From the NCBI GenBank assembly GCA_910587395.1, contig CAJULJ010000003.1, forward strand, positions 7,012 through 71,011: a stretch of 64,000 bases of DNA. Direction: 5' to 3'. How positions within the stretch are numbered: the first letter of the stretch is position 1; every line of letters starts with the position of its first letter. Shown here piece by piece: positions 40,137 through 49,342 of this stretch. A program made the translations under genes and the position numbers. The notes below the pieces were generated by a model that was given only the letters and a program-made list of their open reading frames with translations, was not told the origin of the DNA and searched no databases. Origin of the DNA: an uncultured Oscillospiraceae bacterium (GTDB lineage: Bacteria; Bacillota; Clostridia; Oscillospirales; Oscillospiraceae).

Positions 40137-41108
40137 ATGACAGAGCAGAGCATCAGCATTGAGCGGATGGAGGAGGCCGTCAACCTGTTCGGCCTGTTTG
40201 ACGAGAACATCCGCCTCATCGAGCAGGAGCTGGACGTGTCGGTGGTGAACCGGGAGTCCAACCTGAAGATTTCCGGCGAGGGCGAGAACGTCATGTGGGC
40301 GGTGAAGGCCATCCAGGGCCTGCTGACCCTGTCCGCCAAGGGGGAGGCCATCGGCCAGCAGAACGTGCGGTATATCATTGAGCTGGTCCGGTCGGGCAAC
40401 GAGGGCAAGATCGCCCAGTTGGCCGGGGACGTGGTGTGCGTCACCGCCAAGGGCAAGCCCATCAAGGCCAAGACCATCGGCCAGCAGAGGTATGTGGACG
40501 CGATCAAGAACAGCACCGTCACCATCGGGGTGGGCCCGGCGGGTACGGGCAAGACTTACCTTGCTGTGGCGGCGGCGGTGGCGGCGTTCCGGGAGAAGCA
40601 GATCAACCGCATCATTCTGACCCGTCCCGCCGTGGAGGCGGGAGAGCGGCTGGGCTTTCTGCCGGGGGACCTGCAATCCAAGGTGGACCCGTACCTGCGG
40701 CCGCTGTATGACGCGCTGTTTGACATGCTGGGGGCGGAGACGTACCAAAAATATCTGGAGCGGGGGAATATCGAGGTGGCGCCGCTGGCGTATATGCGCG
40801 GGCGGACGCTGGACGACTCGTTCATCATTTTGGACGAGGCCCAGAACACCAGCCGGGAGCAGATGAAAATGTTCCTCACCCGGCTGGGGTTCGGGTCCAA
40901 GATTGTCATCACCGGCGACGCCACCCAGATCGATCTGCCGGTGGACAAGGTGTCCGGGCTGAAGGAGGCCATGCGGGTGCTGAAAGGTGTGGAGGACATC
41001 GCCATCTGCCAGCTCACCGGGGCGGATGTGGTGCGGCATGTGATCGTACAGCGGATCATCAAGGCCTATGAGGACGACGAAAAGCGCCGGGCCGCCAAGA
41101 GGAAGTAG
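40137..41108 (+). CDS. phoH: PhoH family ATPase
   Basis: GPAGTGKT, RPAVEAGERLGFLPG, YMRGRTL, DEAQN. Confidence 0.95.
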   Translation: MTEQSISIERMEEAVNLFGLFDENIRLIEQELDVSVVNRESNLKISGEGENVMWAVKAIQGLLTLSAKGEAIGQQNVRYIIELVRSGNEGKIAQLAGDVVCVTAKGKPIKAKTIGQQRYVDAIKNSTVTIGVGPAGTGKTYLAVAAAVAAFREKQINRIILTRPAVEAGERLGFLPGDLQSKVDPYLRPLYDALFDMLGAETYQKYLERGNIEVAPLAYMRGRTLDDSFIILDEAQNTSREQMKMFLTRLGFGSKIVITGDATQIDLPVDKVSGLKEAMRVLKGVEDIAICQLTGADVVRHVIVQRIIKAYEDDEKRRAAKRK

Positions 41109-41113
41109 GAGGG

Positions 41114-41189
41114 CCGCCTCCGGCGGATTACTTTCTCTCGCGCGAGAGAAAGTAACCAAAGAGCGCGCATAGGGGGAGTACCCCCTATG
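41114..41189. repeat. Cluster of palindromes including a 28-bp perfect palindrome
   Basis: CCGCC-TCC-GGCGG; TTACTTTCTCTCGC|GCGAGAGAAAGTAA (41128-41155); CATAGGGGG-AGTA-CCCCCTATG. Confidence 0.75.
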
Positions 41190-41359
41190 TACCCCCTTTA
41201 TACGGGAGAGCCCTATACGGGGAATTGGTGGGGACCCTTCCGGCGCGTGGGGTTTTCGACTGGTGTCCCCCTATTTGTGCTGCCGCTTGTGCTCTGACAT
41301 TGATAAATAAGCGGGGGCCACGGGCTGCGCCTGGGTGGGTGGACCGTTCGTCCCGTGGG

Positions 41360-41542
41360 CTATGGCTGGTCCAGGCAGGCGTCGGTTAGTTGCATTCCAA
41401 GTTGGAGACCTTGGTAAAAGGCCCAGAGGCCGTGGCCTATGATGGGCTCATCGTGGAAGCGTTCTGGCCAAAATTCAGGGTTGGGTTCAGTGACAAAACA
41501 GCGGTATAAGTCCTCAATAATAATGGGAATATCATGATTCAT
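41360..41542 (-). CDS. Hypothetical 60-aa protein divergent from the XRE regulator
   Basis: ATG 41542 with GGAGG RBS and its own promoter; C-terminal AFYQGLQLG. Confidence 0.6.
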   Translation of the reverse strand: MNHDIPIIIEDLYRCFVTEPNPEFWPERFHDEPIIGHGLWAFYQGLQLGMQLTDACLDQP

Positions 41543-41597
41543 CTGTCTTTCCTCCAAATCGAGATAAGCGAATAGCTGCAAGCAAGTATCTGCGCAT

Positions 41598-41626
41598 ATT
41601 GTAATGCGGCGGGAATGATTTGTCAA
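41598..41626 (-). promoter_or_regulatory. sigma-A promoter for the 60-aa ORF
   Basis: TTGACA-17-TACAAT. Confidence 0.7.
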
Positions 41627-41638
41627 TAGGAGTGCGCT

Positions 41639-41857
41639 ATGGTTTTTAACGAAAGATTGAAAATTCTGCGTGAAGAACGTAAATGGACGCAGGAGAAAGT
41701 GGCCCGGGCCATGGATATGCCATTGAGAACTTACAGCGGCTTGGAAGCGGACGGTGCAAAAACCCACTACGATACCCTTATCAAAATTGCGGATTTTTAC
41801 GATGTATCTGTGGACTGGCTCATGGGCCGCACCGATAAGCGGGAGGTCAACCGATAA
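41639..41857 (+). CDS. XRE family HTH transcriptional regulator
   Basis: F.ERLK.LR....TQ..VA..E..L.KIADFYDVSVDWLMGR. Confidence 0.88.
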   Translation: MVFNERLKILREERKWTQEKVARAMDMPLRTYSGLEADGAKTHYDTLIKIADFYDVSVDWLMGRTDKREVNR

Positions 41858-42345
41858 TGCCAAAGCATGAGATCATCATCTCCGCCGATGTGCCGGGAGT
41901 GGATGAGGACCTGCGGTCTCTGATCCGCCATGCCGTCTGCACCGCCCTGGATGCGGAGAATGTGGAGGTATCCTGTGAGGTCAATGTACTGGTGACGGAC
42001 GACACAGGCATTCACCAGGTCAACCTGGACATGCGGGAGGTGGACGCCCCCACCGATGTGCTGTCATTCCCCATGTTTGACTTGGCCCCGGGGGACAAGC
42101 CCTCTGAGGAGGACGCAGACCCTGCCACCGGCCTGGTGCCGTTGGGGGATATGTGCCTCTCCTTGGAGCGGGTCCGCGCCCAGGCCAAGGAATACGGCCA
42201 CAGCCGCCGCCGGGAGCTGGCCTATCTGGCGGTCCACTCCGTTTTGCACCTGCTGGGCTACGACCATCTGGACGAGGGCCCCATGAAAGCCCAAATGCGG
42301 GAGCGGGAAGAGGCAATTATGGCTGAATTGGGATTAGAACGATAA
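41857..42345 (+). CDS. ybeY: rRNA maturation endoribonuclease
   Basis: PTDVLSFP, LGD, HSVLHLLGYDH. Confidence 0.95.
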   Translation: MPKHEIIISADVPGVDEDLRSLIRHAVCTALDAENVEVSCEVNVLVTDDTGIHQVNLDMREVDAPTDVLSFPMFDLAPGDKPSEEDADPATGLVPLGDMCLSLERVRAQAKEYGHSRRRELAYLAVHSVLHLLGYDHLDEGPMKAQMREREEAIMAELGLER

Positions 42346-42400
42346 GATAAAAAGCGGCTATGCTCAATGCCGTAAATAAAAGAAAGTTGAGGATCACCTT

Positions 42401-43294
42401 ATGAATATCAAAAAATCCGGCATCATCACCATCTGTGGGCGGCCCAACGTGGGCAAGTCCACCCTGACCAACACCCTGGCGGGGGAGAAGGTCGCCATCG
42501 TCTCCCCCAAGCCTCAGACCACCCGCAACCGCATCTGCGCCGTCCTCAACCGAGGAGACAGCCAGTTTGTGTTTGTGGACACGCCGGGTCTGCATAAGGC
42601 CCGCACCCGGCTGGGGGACTACATGGTGAAGGTAGTGCGCCAGTCGGTGGCGGACGTGGACGGGGTGATGCTGCTGGTGGAGCCGGTGGACCACATCGGC
42701 AAGCCCGAGGAGGAGCTGATTTCTCGAATTAAGGCGCTGGGCGCACCCGCCGCGCTGGTCATCAACAAGATCGACACGGTGGAGAAGGAAAAGCTGCTGT
42801 CGGTGATGGCGGTGTACGGCGCGGCCCACGACTGGGACGCGGTGGTGCCCATCTCGGCCAAGACCGGCGAGGGTGTGGACGAGCTGCTGGAGGTGCTGGG
42901 CGGCTGGCTGCCCGAGGGGCCCCAGCTGTTCCCCGACGGAGCGGTGACCGACCAGCCGGAGCGGCAGATCATGGCGGAGATCGTCCGGGAGAAGCTGCTG
43001 CGGGAGCTGGACCAGGAGATCCCCCACGGCACCGCCGTGGAGGTGACGAAATTTTCCCAGCGGGACAACGACATCATTGACTGCCATGTGACCATATATT
43101 GTGAAAAGGCGTCCCACAAGGGCATTATCATCGGCAAGGGCGGGGCCATGCTGAAAAGGATCAGCACCCAGGCCCGGCAGGACATGGAGGCGTTCATGGG
43201 GGCCAAGGTGTATTTGGAGACATGGGTGAAGGTGAAGGAGAACTGGAGGGACAACCCGGCGGCCATTCAGAACTTTGGCTATACCGAGGATTGA
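42401..43294 (+). CDS. era: GTPase Era
   Basis: GRPNVGKSTL, PQTTR, DTPG, NKID, IIIGKGG KH domain. Confidence 0.96.
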   Translation: MNIKKSGIITICGRPNVGKSTLTNTLAGEKVAIVSPKPQTTRNRICAVLNRGDSQFVFVDTPGLHKARTRLGDYMVKVVRQSVADVDGVMLLVEPVDHIGKPEEELISRIKALGAPAALVINKIDTVEKEKLLSVMAVYGAAHDWDAVVPISAKTGEGVDELLEVLGGWLPEGPQLFPDGAVTDQPERQIMAEIVREKLLRELDQEIPHGTAVEVTKFSQRDNDIIDCHVTIYCEKASHKGIIIGKGGAMLKRISTQARQDMEAFMGAKVYLETWVKVKENWRDNPAAIQNFGYTED

Positions 43295-43297
43295 GCC

Positions 43298-43429
43298 ATG
43301 GTGGATATTGAAACGTGGATGGAGGGCCTTGCGGAGAGGCTGACAGACAAATTCGGCCTCTGCCTGCTGCGCTGGAGCGCAGACGCTATGGCGGAGGCCG
43401 GGCGGGCCAAGGACACAAAATTTCCCTGA
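43298..43429 (+). pseudogene. Probable gene remnant (43 aa)
   Basis: MVDIETWMEGLAERLTDKFG start with RBS 3 nt after era; resembles the N-terminus of a nucleotidyltransferase-domain protein without its catalytic core (recollection, unverified). Confidence 0.35.
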
Positions 43430-43481
43430 CATAATCACCCCGTCCCTGCCCATGCTAATAACATGGACAGGAGGGACGGCA

Positions 43482-43679
43482 ATGGATACAGCATATTGGA
43501 ACCTGTTTTGGACCACCGGGATGCCGGAGGCGTGGCTGATGAGCCGGGATCAGGCGGATGCGGCGAGGTCCGCGGCCCCTCCGGCGGAAAACGCAGAGGG
43601 CCATGCCGGTTCCGCGGCAGGCGTTCAGTCCGGACTGGCCGGCGGCGTCTGTGCCGGAGCCGGAACGGACTTCAAATAA
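43482..43679 (+). CDS. YqzL-like small protein
   Basis: WNLFWTTG.PEAWL motif; era-yqzL-recO synteny; AGGAGG RBS. Confidence 0.65.
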   Translation: MDTAYWNLFWTTGMPEAWLMSRDQADAARSAAPPAENAEGHAGSAAGVQSGLAGGVCAGAGTDFK

Positions 43680-43720
43680 ACTGTCCCGGCGGCTGCCGGG
43701 ATCTACATAGGAGCGTGTGT

Positions 43721-44476
43721 ATGCACCTGACCACCAATGCCCTCGTGCTGCGCGAGGTGAACTACAAGGAATCGGATAAAATCCTTACCCTGCTGACCGA
43801 GAAGGAGGGGAAGCTCACCGTGTCCGCCCACGGGTGCCGGAAAAAGGGCAGCCCCATTGCCGCCGCCTGTCAGCTGCTGGCCTGGGGGGAGTTCACGCTG
43901 TATGAATTCAACGGGCTGTGGTCGGTGAAGGAGACTGCCTCCGAGCGGCTGTTTGATGGAATACGGGGGGATTTGGAGAAAATCGCCCTGGCCAGCTACA
44001 TTGTGGAGGTCACTGAAGCTCTGGCGGAGGAGGGACAGCCTGATCCGGGCCTGCTGGCGGTGACGCTGAACTGCCTCCATGCCCTGGACAAGCTGGGCCG
44101 GCCGCTGCCCCAGGTCAAGACCGCCTTTGAGTGGCGGTCCATGGCTCTGGCGGGATATGAGCCGCAGATCGAGCGGTGCGGGGTGTGCGGCAGGCCGGAG
44201 CCAATGGAGCCTCACATTCACCTGGGGGAGGGTATGGTCCACTGCGGGCCCTGCCGGGGCAAGCTGGGGGAGGGGGTATCCATGCCTCTGACCACGGCCG
44301 CGCTGGCCGCGCTGCGGCACATCACCTGGGGCCCCCGAAAGCGGCTGCTGTCCTTCCGGCTGGACGGGGATGGGCTGCGGCGGCTGTCCCAGGCGTCGGA
44401 GGCCTATCTTATGACGAGGCTGGAGCGGGGGTTCCGCACGCTGGACTTTTACAAGCGGCTGAGTCCGGAGGGCTGA
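43721..44476 (+). CDS. recO: DNA repair protein RecO
   Basis: VLR.V.Y.E.DKILTLLT..GK; CGVC..CGPC zinc motif. Confidence 0.92.
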   Translation: MHLTTNALVLREVNYKESDKILTLLTEKEGKLTVSAHGCRKKGSPIAAACQLLAWGEFTLYEFNGLWSVKETASERLFDGIRGDLEKIALASYIVEVTEALAEEGQPDPGLLAVTLNCLHALDKLGRPLPQVKTAFEWRSMALAGYEPQIERCGVCGRPEPMEPHIHLGEGMVHCGPCRGKLGEGVSMPLTTAALAALRHITWGPRKRLLSFRLDGDGLRRLSQASEAYLMTRLERGFRTLDFYKRLSPEG

Positions 44477-44592
44477 GGCGCGGTGGGAGCATAGGCCCGG
44501 AATGAAATGGAAAAGCGGCCTGATTGGGCCGGGAGGGCGCGGGGCGAGTGAACCCGCGCTGAAACATACCTGATGAGTTTGAGGGAAACGAT

Positions 44593-46980
44593 ATGACGCC
44601 ATTATTTGAAAAATCCATAGAGACCTTGGAGCTGCCCCGTGTGCTGGCGCTGCTGGCCAATGAGGCGGCCACGGAGGAGGGCAGGGAGCGGTGCCTGGCC
44701 CTGCGGCCCGTCAGCGTGCAAAGCGATGTGCTGCGTCTGCAAAAGCAGACCTCCGCCGCGTTTGATCTGCTGGTGAAGCACGGCACGCCGTCCCTGTCCG
44801 GGGTGAAGCCGGTGGCGGCGGCCCTTCAGCGGGCGGACCGGGGGGGCGCGCTGAACACCCGTGAGCTGCTGGATATCGCCCAGGTGCTGCGGTGCGCCCG
44901 GAACGTGCGCGAGTACGGCGCCGGCGGCGAGGGCAAAACGTTGCTGGATGGGTATTTTGACAGCCTCACCGCCAACCGCTTCCTGGAGGACAAGATCACC
45001 GGCTCCATCCTCAGCGAGGACGAGATCGCCGACGCGGCCTCACCGGAGCTGGCCGATATCCGGCGGCACATCCGGGCGGCGGCGGGGAAGGTGCGGGACG
45101 TGCTCAACCGGCTCATCTCCTCCAACCAGTCCAAGTATTTACAGGAGGCCATCATTACCATGCGCGGAGGACGGTATGTGGTCCCCGTGAAGAGCGAGCA
45201 CAAAAACGATATTCCCGGTCTGGTCCACGACGTGTCCGGCTCCGGCGGCACCTTCTTCATCGAGCCCATGGGCGTGGTGAACGCCAACAACGAGCTGCGG
45301 GAGCTCCAGGCCAGGGAGCAAAAGGAGATTGAGCGCATTCTGGCGGAGCTTTCCGCCGACTGCGCCGGGTTTAAAGAGAGTATTGAGGACGATTACCAGA
45401 CGCTGGTATCCCTGGACTGCATATTTGCCCGGGCCAAGCTGTCCTCGGCGATGGGAGCCATGGAGCCGGCGCTGGGCCATCATATCGAGCTGAGAAAGGC
45501 CCGCCACCCGCTTCTGGACCCCAAGACCGCCGTGCGCAATGATTTGACGCTGGGCGGAAAATTCGACACGCTGGTCATCACCGGCCCCAATACCGGCGGC
45601 AAAACGGTGACGCTGAAAACGCTGGGCCTGCTGACACTGATGGCCCAGTGCGGCCTGCATATCCCGGCGGCGGACGGGTCCACGGTGAAGGTGTGCTCCG
45701 TTGTGCTGGCCGACATCGGAGACGAGCAGTCCATCGACCAGTCCCTGTCCACCTTCTCCTCCCATATGACCAACATCGTGGCCATTCTGGAGCAGGCGGA
45801 CGACGAGACGCTGATTTTGTTTGACGAGCTGGGGGCGGGCACCGACCCGGTGGAGGGCGCGGCGCTGGCCGCCGCCGTTATTGAGTCTGCCCGCGCCATG
45901 GGCGCTGCGGTGGCGGCGACCACCCACTATGCCGAGCTGAAGGTGTACGCCATGACCACCGCCGGGGTGGAGAACGCCTCCTGTGAGTTCAACGTGGAGA
46001 CACTGGCCCCCACTTACCGGGTGCTTATCGGCATCCCCGGCAAGTCCAACGCCTTTGCCATTTCCCGGCGGCTGGGGCTGCCCGACTATATCATCCAGAA
46101 AGCCGCCGACCGCATCGACGCGGAGAATGTGCGCTTTGAGGATGTGCTCAGTCAGCTGGACCTCCAGCGTCAGGCTATGGAAAATGAAAAGGAGCAGGCG
46201 GCCCGGCTGCGCCGGGAAATGGAGGAGGCCCGCGCCCAGGCGGAGCAGTACCGCGCCCGTATTAAGGAGGAGCGCCGAAAGGCCACCGAAAAGGCTCAGG
46301 CCGAGGCCCGGTCCATCATTGAGCAGGCCCGTGACGCCGCCGACCAGACCTTCAAGGAGCTGAACGAAATGCGCCGCCGCCAGGAGCGGGAAAAGGGCTG
46401 GGTGGACGACAACGAGCAGCGCTCCGAGCTGCGCCGGAAGCTGAACGAGGCAGACGCGGCCCTGGGAGGAAAGAAGGAGAAGGAGGACCTGCCGCCTCCG
46501 CCGCCCACCCGTGACGCGGTGGTGGGCGATACGGTGGAGCTGGTGAAGATGGGAGCCCAGGCGGAGGTGGTGGGCGTCAACAAGGACGGCACCCTCCAGC
46601 TCCAGGCGGGTATTTTGAAGCTGAAAGCCAGGCAGAAGGAAGTGCGTGTGCTGGAGGATGTGACCGCCCGGAAGAAGCAGAGCGCGAAGGATAAGCAGCG
46701 CGGCGCGGCGGTGAGCCGTCCCTTCCGGGCCGCGGCGGCCAAGGCGGAGCTGGACCTGCGGGGCATGATGGTGGATGAGGCGCTGGGGGCGGTGGACCTG
46801 TTTCTGGACAACGCCCTCATGGGCAAGCTGGAGACGGTGACCATTATCCACGGCAAGGGCACCGGGGCCCTGCGCAAAGCGGTGCGGGAGCACCTGAAAA
46901 AGAGCCGCTACGTGAAGGAGTACCGCCCCGGAGTATACGGCGAGGGGGAGGACGGCGTTACGGTGGCTACGCTGAAATAA
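44593..46980 (+). CDS. mutS2: Endonuclease MutS2
   Basis: ITGPNTGGKT, DIGDEQSI, DELGAGTDP, C-terminal Smr IIHGKGTG. Confidence 0.95.
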   Translation: MTPLFEKSIETLELPRVLALLANEAATEEGRERCLALRPVSVQSDVLRLQKQTSAAFDLLVKHGTPSLSGVKPVAAALQRADRGGALNTRELLDIAQVLRCARNVREYGAGGEGKTLLDGYFDSLTANRFLEDKITGSILSEDEIADAASPELADIRRHIRAAAGKVRDVLNRLISSNQSKYLQEAIITMRGGRYVVPVKSEHKNDIPGLVHDVSGSGGTFFIEPMGVVNANNELRELQAREQKEIERILAELSADCAGFKESIEDDYQTLVSLDCIFARAKLSSAMGAMEPALGHHIELRKARHPLLDPKTAVRNDLTLGGKFDTLVITGPNTGGKTVTLKTLGLLTLMAQCGLHIPAADGSTVKVCSVVLADIGDEQSIDQSLSTFSSHMTNIVAILEQADDETLILFDELGAGTDPVEGAALAAAVIESARAMGAAVAATTHYAELKVYAMTTAGVENASCEFNVETLAPTYRVLIGIPGKSNAFAISRRLGLPDYIIQKAADRIDAENVRFEDVLSQLDLQRQAMENEKEQAARLRREMEEARAQAEQYRARIKEERRKATEKAQAEARSIIEQARDAADQTFKELNEMRRRQEREKGWVDDNEQRSELRRKLNEADAALGGKKEKEDLPPPPPTRDAVVGDTVELVKMGAQAEVVGVNKDGTLQLQAGILKLKARQKEVRVLEDVTARKKQSAKDKQRGAAVSRPFRAAAAKAELDLRGMMVDEALGAVDLFLDNALMGKLETVTIIHGKGTGALRKAVREHLKKSRYVKEYRPGVYGEGEDGVTVATLK

Positions 46981-47047
46981 CCCCCTGCAATAGTGAGTTC
47001 TAGGCGGTTTTCATGAATGGGTGAAATGATTTTTGGTGAAAATGCTC

Positions 47048-47076
47048 TTGACGATAACGGCTAAATTTGGTATCCT
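47048..47076 (+). promoter_or_regulatory. sigma-A promoter for ptsH
   Basis: TTGACG-17-TATCCT with TG extension. Confidence 0.6.
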
Positions 47077-47161
47077 ATCGTATGTACAAAGATTCGGAGC
47101 AGGTCCGGTGCGGAGGATCTCATGCGGCCGGAGCCGAGTTTTATGATGGAGGGAATCGCTC

Positions 47162-47428
47162 ATGTTCATGAAAGAGACTACGGTAAACAACCAGGTCGGT
47201 CTGCACGCCCGTCCGGCCACGTTTTTTATCCAAAAGGCCAACGAGTTCAAGAGCTCCATCTGGGTGGAGAAAGAGGATGACCGCCGCGTCAATGCCAAAA
47301 GCCTACTGGGGGTCCTGTCCCTGGGCATTGTGAAGGGCACGACCATCAACCTCATTGCCGACGGCCCCGATGAGGAGGCTGCCATCAACGCTCTGGTTGA
47401 GCTCATCAACTCTGAGTTCTCTGAGTAA
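47162..47428 (+). CDS. ptsH: HPr phosphocarrier protein
   Basis: GLHARPA (His15) and VNAKSLLGV (regulatory Ser). Confidence 0.93.
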   Translation: MFMKETTVNNQVGLHARPATFFIQKANEFKSSIWVEKEDDRRVNAKSLLGVLSLGIVKGTTINLIADGPDEEAAINALVELINSEFSE

Positions 47429-47444
47429 CCCAACGCTGACCACG

Positions 47445-47474
47445 AAAAAGCGCCGCTTGTGCGGCGCTTTTTTT
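47445..47474 (+). terminator. Intrinsic terminator
   Basis: AAAAAGCGCCGC-TTGT-GCGGCGCTTTTTTT. Confidence 0.85.
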
Positions 47475-47494
47475 GTGAAAGGAGATGAGTCTGG

Positions 47495-49342
47495 TTGACA
47501 TTTGACGAACTGCGAGAGAAAGCCCATGCCCTGCCCTTGAAGCCGGGCGTATACATCATGCAGAATGCCGGCAGTGAGGTCATCTATGTGGGCAAGGCGA
47601 AAGCCTTGAAAAACCGCGTCAGCCAGTACTTCCAGGACCAGTCGCGGCACAATGAGAAAACGCGGGTCATGGTCAGCCAGATCGACCACTTCGATGTAAT
47701 TGTGGTCCAATCCGAATTTGAGGCCCTGGTTCTGGAATGCGCTCTGATCAAGCGGCATCAGCCTCGATACAATATTCTGTTAAAAGACAGCAAGGGTTAT
47801 CCCTATATCCGGCTGTCGCCGGGAGACTATCCCCGGTTTTCCCTGTCGGCCAGGGTGGAGGATGATGGGGCCCGATACTTTGGACCCTATGGAAGCAGGG
47901 GGGCAAGCCAGGGCATCATTGACGCTTTGCGGGAGGCGCTGCGTCTGCCCGCCTGCCGCCGGAAATTTCCCAGAGACATCGGGAAGGAGCGTCCCTGCCT
48001 CAATTTCCACATGGGTGTGTGCGACGGCTACTGCCGTTCCGAGATGGACCAGACCCAGTACCGCCGCTCCATCGATCAGGCGGTGCGCCTGCTGGAGGGC
48101 CGTTTGGACGAGGTGGTGGACGAGCTGACCGCCGAGATGGAGCTGGCGGCGGAGGAGCTGCGGTTTGAGAAGGCGGCGCAGCTCCGGGACCGAATCCGGT
48201 CCATTCAGCTCCTGGGCACGCGCCAGAAGGCGGTGGCCGGGTCGCTGGCGGACACCGACGTGGTGGGCTATCACCGGGGCGAGGCAAAAAGCTGCTTTGT
48301 GGTGCTCCACTACATCGGCGGCGAGCTGGCGGCAAAGGATTGGGAGCTGCTGACCGTCCCCATGGAGGACGAGCAGACCACCGTGTCCACGCTGGCGGCC
48401 CAGTATTACGGCGGGCGCGGGCAGCTTCCCCGGCAGATTCTGCTCCCCTGCGACATCGACGAGCAGGTGGCGCTGGCCCGGATGCTCACCGAGGCGGTGG
48501 GCCGCAAGGTGGAGGTCCTCACCCCCCAGAGGGGCGCCAAAATGGAGCTGGTCAAGCTGGCTAATGAGAATGCCGCCGAGGAGGTGCTCCGGGCAACCAC
48601 AGCGGAGGAGCGCCGCTCCAAGCTCACCGAGGCGTTGGGAGCTCTGCTGGGGTTGGACGAGCCCCCCCGCCGGATTGAGGCGTTCGACATCTCCAACACC
48701 GGCAGCTCGGACATTGTGGCCTCTATGACGGTCCACATCGACGGCAAGCCGCTGAAGCGGGACTACCGCCATTTCAAATTGAAGGATATGCCCCACGCCG
48801 ACGACTACGCCTCCATGGAGCAGGTGGTGGAGCGGCGGTTCCGGCGCTATCTGGACGGAGATGAGAAGTTTGCCGCCCGCCCTGACCTGCTGCTGATGGA
48901 CGGCGGCGCGGGACAGGTAAAGGCGGCCGGTGAGGCTCTGGCCCGCCTGGGCCTGGGGGATATTCCCATATATGGCATGGTGAAGGACGGCCGCCACCGC
49001 ACCCGCGCCCTGGTGACTGGGGATGGCCGGGAGATCGGCATTCAGGCCAACCAGGCCCTGTTCGCCATGGTGGGCCGCATTCAGGAGGAGACCCACCGCT
49101 TTGCCATTGAATTCCACCGCCAGCAGCAGGCCGGCCATCTGAAGGGCTCGGCGCTGGACGACATCCCCGGCGTGGGACCGGCCCGCAAGGCGCAGCTGCT
49201 CAAAGCCTTCAAAAGTGTGAAGGCTGTCAAAGCCGCCTCGTTGGAGGAGCTGGCCGCCGTGGTGCCGAAAAGCACGGCTCAAGCGGTGTATGTCCATTTT
49301 CACCGGCAGGAAGAACAACAGGGAAAGGATGAGACGCCATGA
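47495..49342 (+). CDS. uvrC: Excinuclease ABC subunit C
   Basis: PGVY..IYVGKAK GIY-YIG, FEKAA.LRD, IEAFDIS, DGG.GQ, HhH. Confidence 0.96.
   Translation: MTFDELREKAHALPLKPGVYIMQNAGSEVIYVGKAKALKNRVSQYFQDQSRHNEKTRVMVSQIDHFDVIVVQSEFEALVLECALIKRHQPRYNILLKDSKGYPYIRLSPGDYPRFSLSARVEDDGARYFGPYGSRGASQGIIDALREALRLPACRRKFPRDIGKERPCLNFHMGVCDGYCRSEMDQTQYRRSIDQAVRLLEGRLDEVVDELTAEMELAAEELRFEKAAQLRDRIRSIQLLGTRQKAVAGSLADTDVVGYHRGEAKSCFVVLHYIGGELAAKDWELLTVPMEDEQTTVSTLAAQYYGGRGQLPRQILLPCDIDEQVALARMLTEAVGRKVEVLTPQRGAKMELVKLANENAAEEVLRATTAEERRSKLTEALGALLGLDEPPRRIEAFDISNTGSSDIVASMTVHIDGKPLKRDYRHFKLKDMPHADDYASMEQVVERRFRRYLDGDEKFAARPDLLLMDGGAGQVKAAGEALARLGLGDIPIYGMVKDGRHRTRALVTGDGREIGIQANQALFAMVGRIQEETHRFAIEFHRQQQAGHLKGSALDDIPGVGPARKAQLLKAFKSVKAVKAASLEELAAVVPKSTAQAVYVHFHRQEEQQGKDETP

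Noticed and set aside
41360..41863. 167-aa minus-strand ORF in the ORF track
   Set aside because: Its 5' part is antisense to the XRE gene; RBS and promoter support only the last 60 codons
44565..44600. CTGATGA-GTTT..AAAC-GATA upstream of mutS2 resembling a hammerhead ribozyme core
   Set aside because: GATA instead of GAAA and no room for stem I; it overlaps the mutS2 RBS and start, so probably chance
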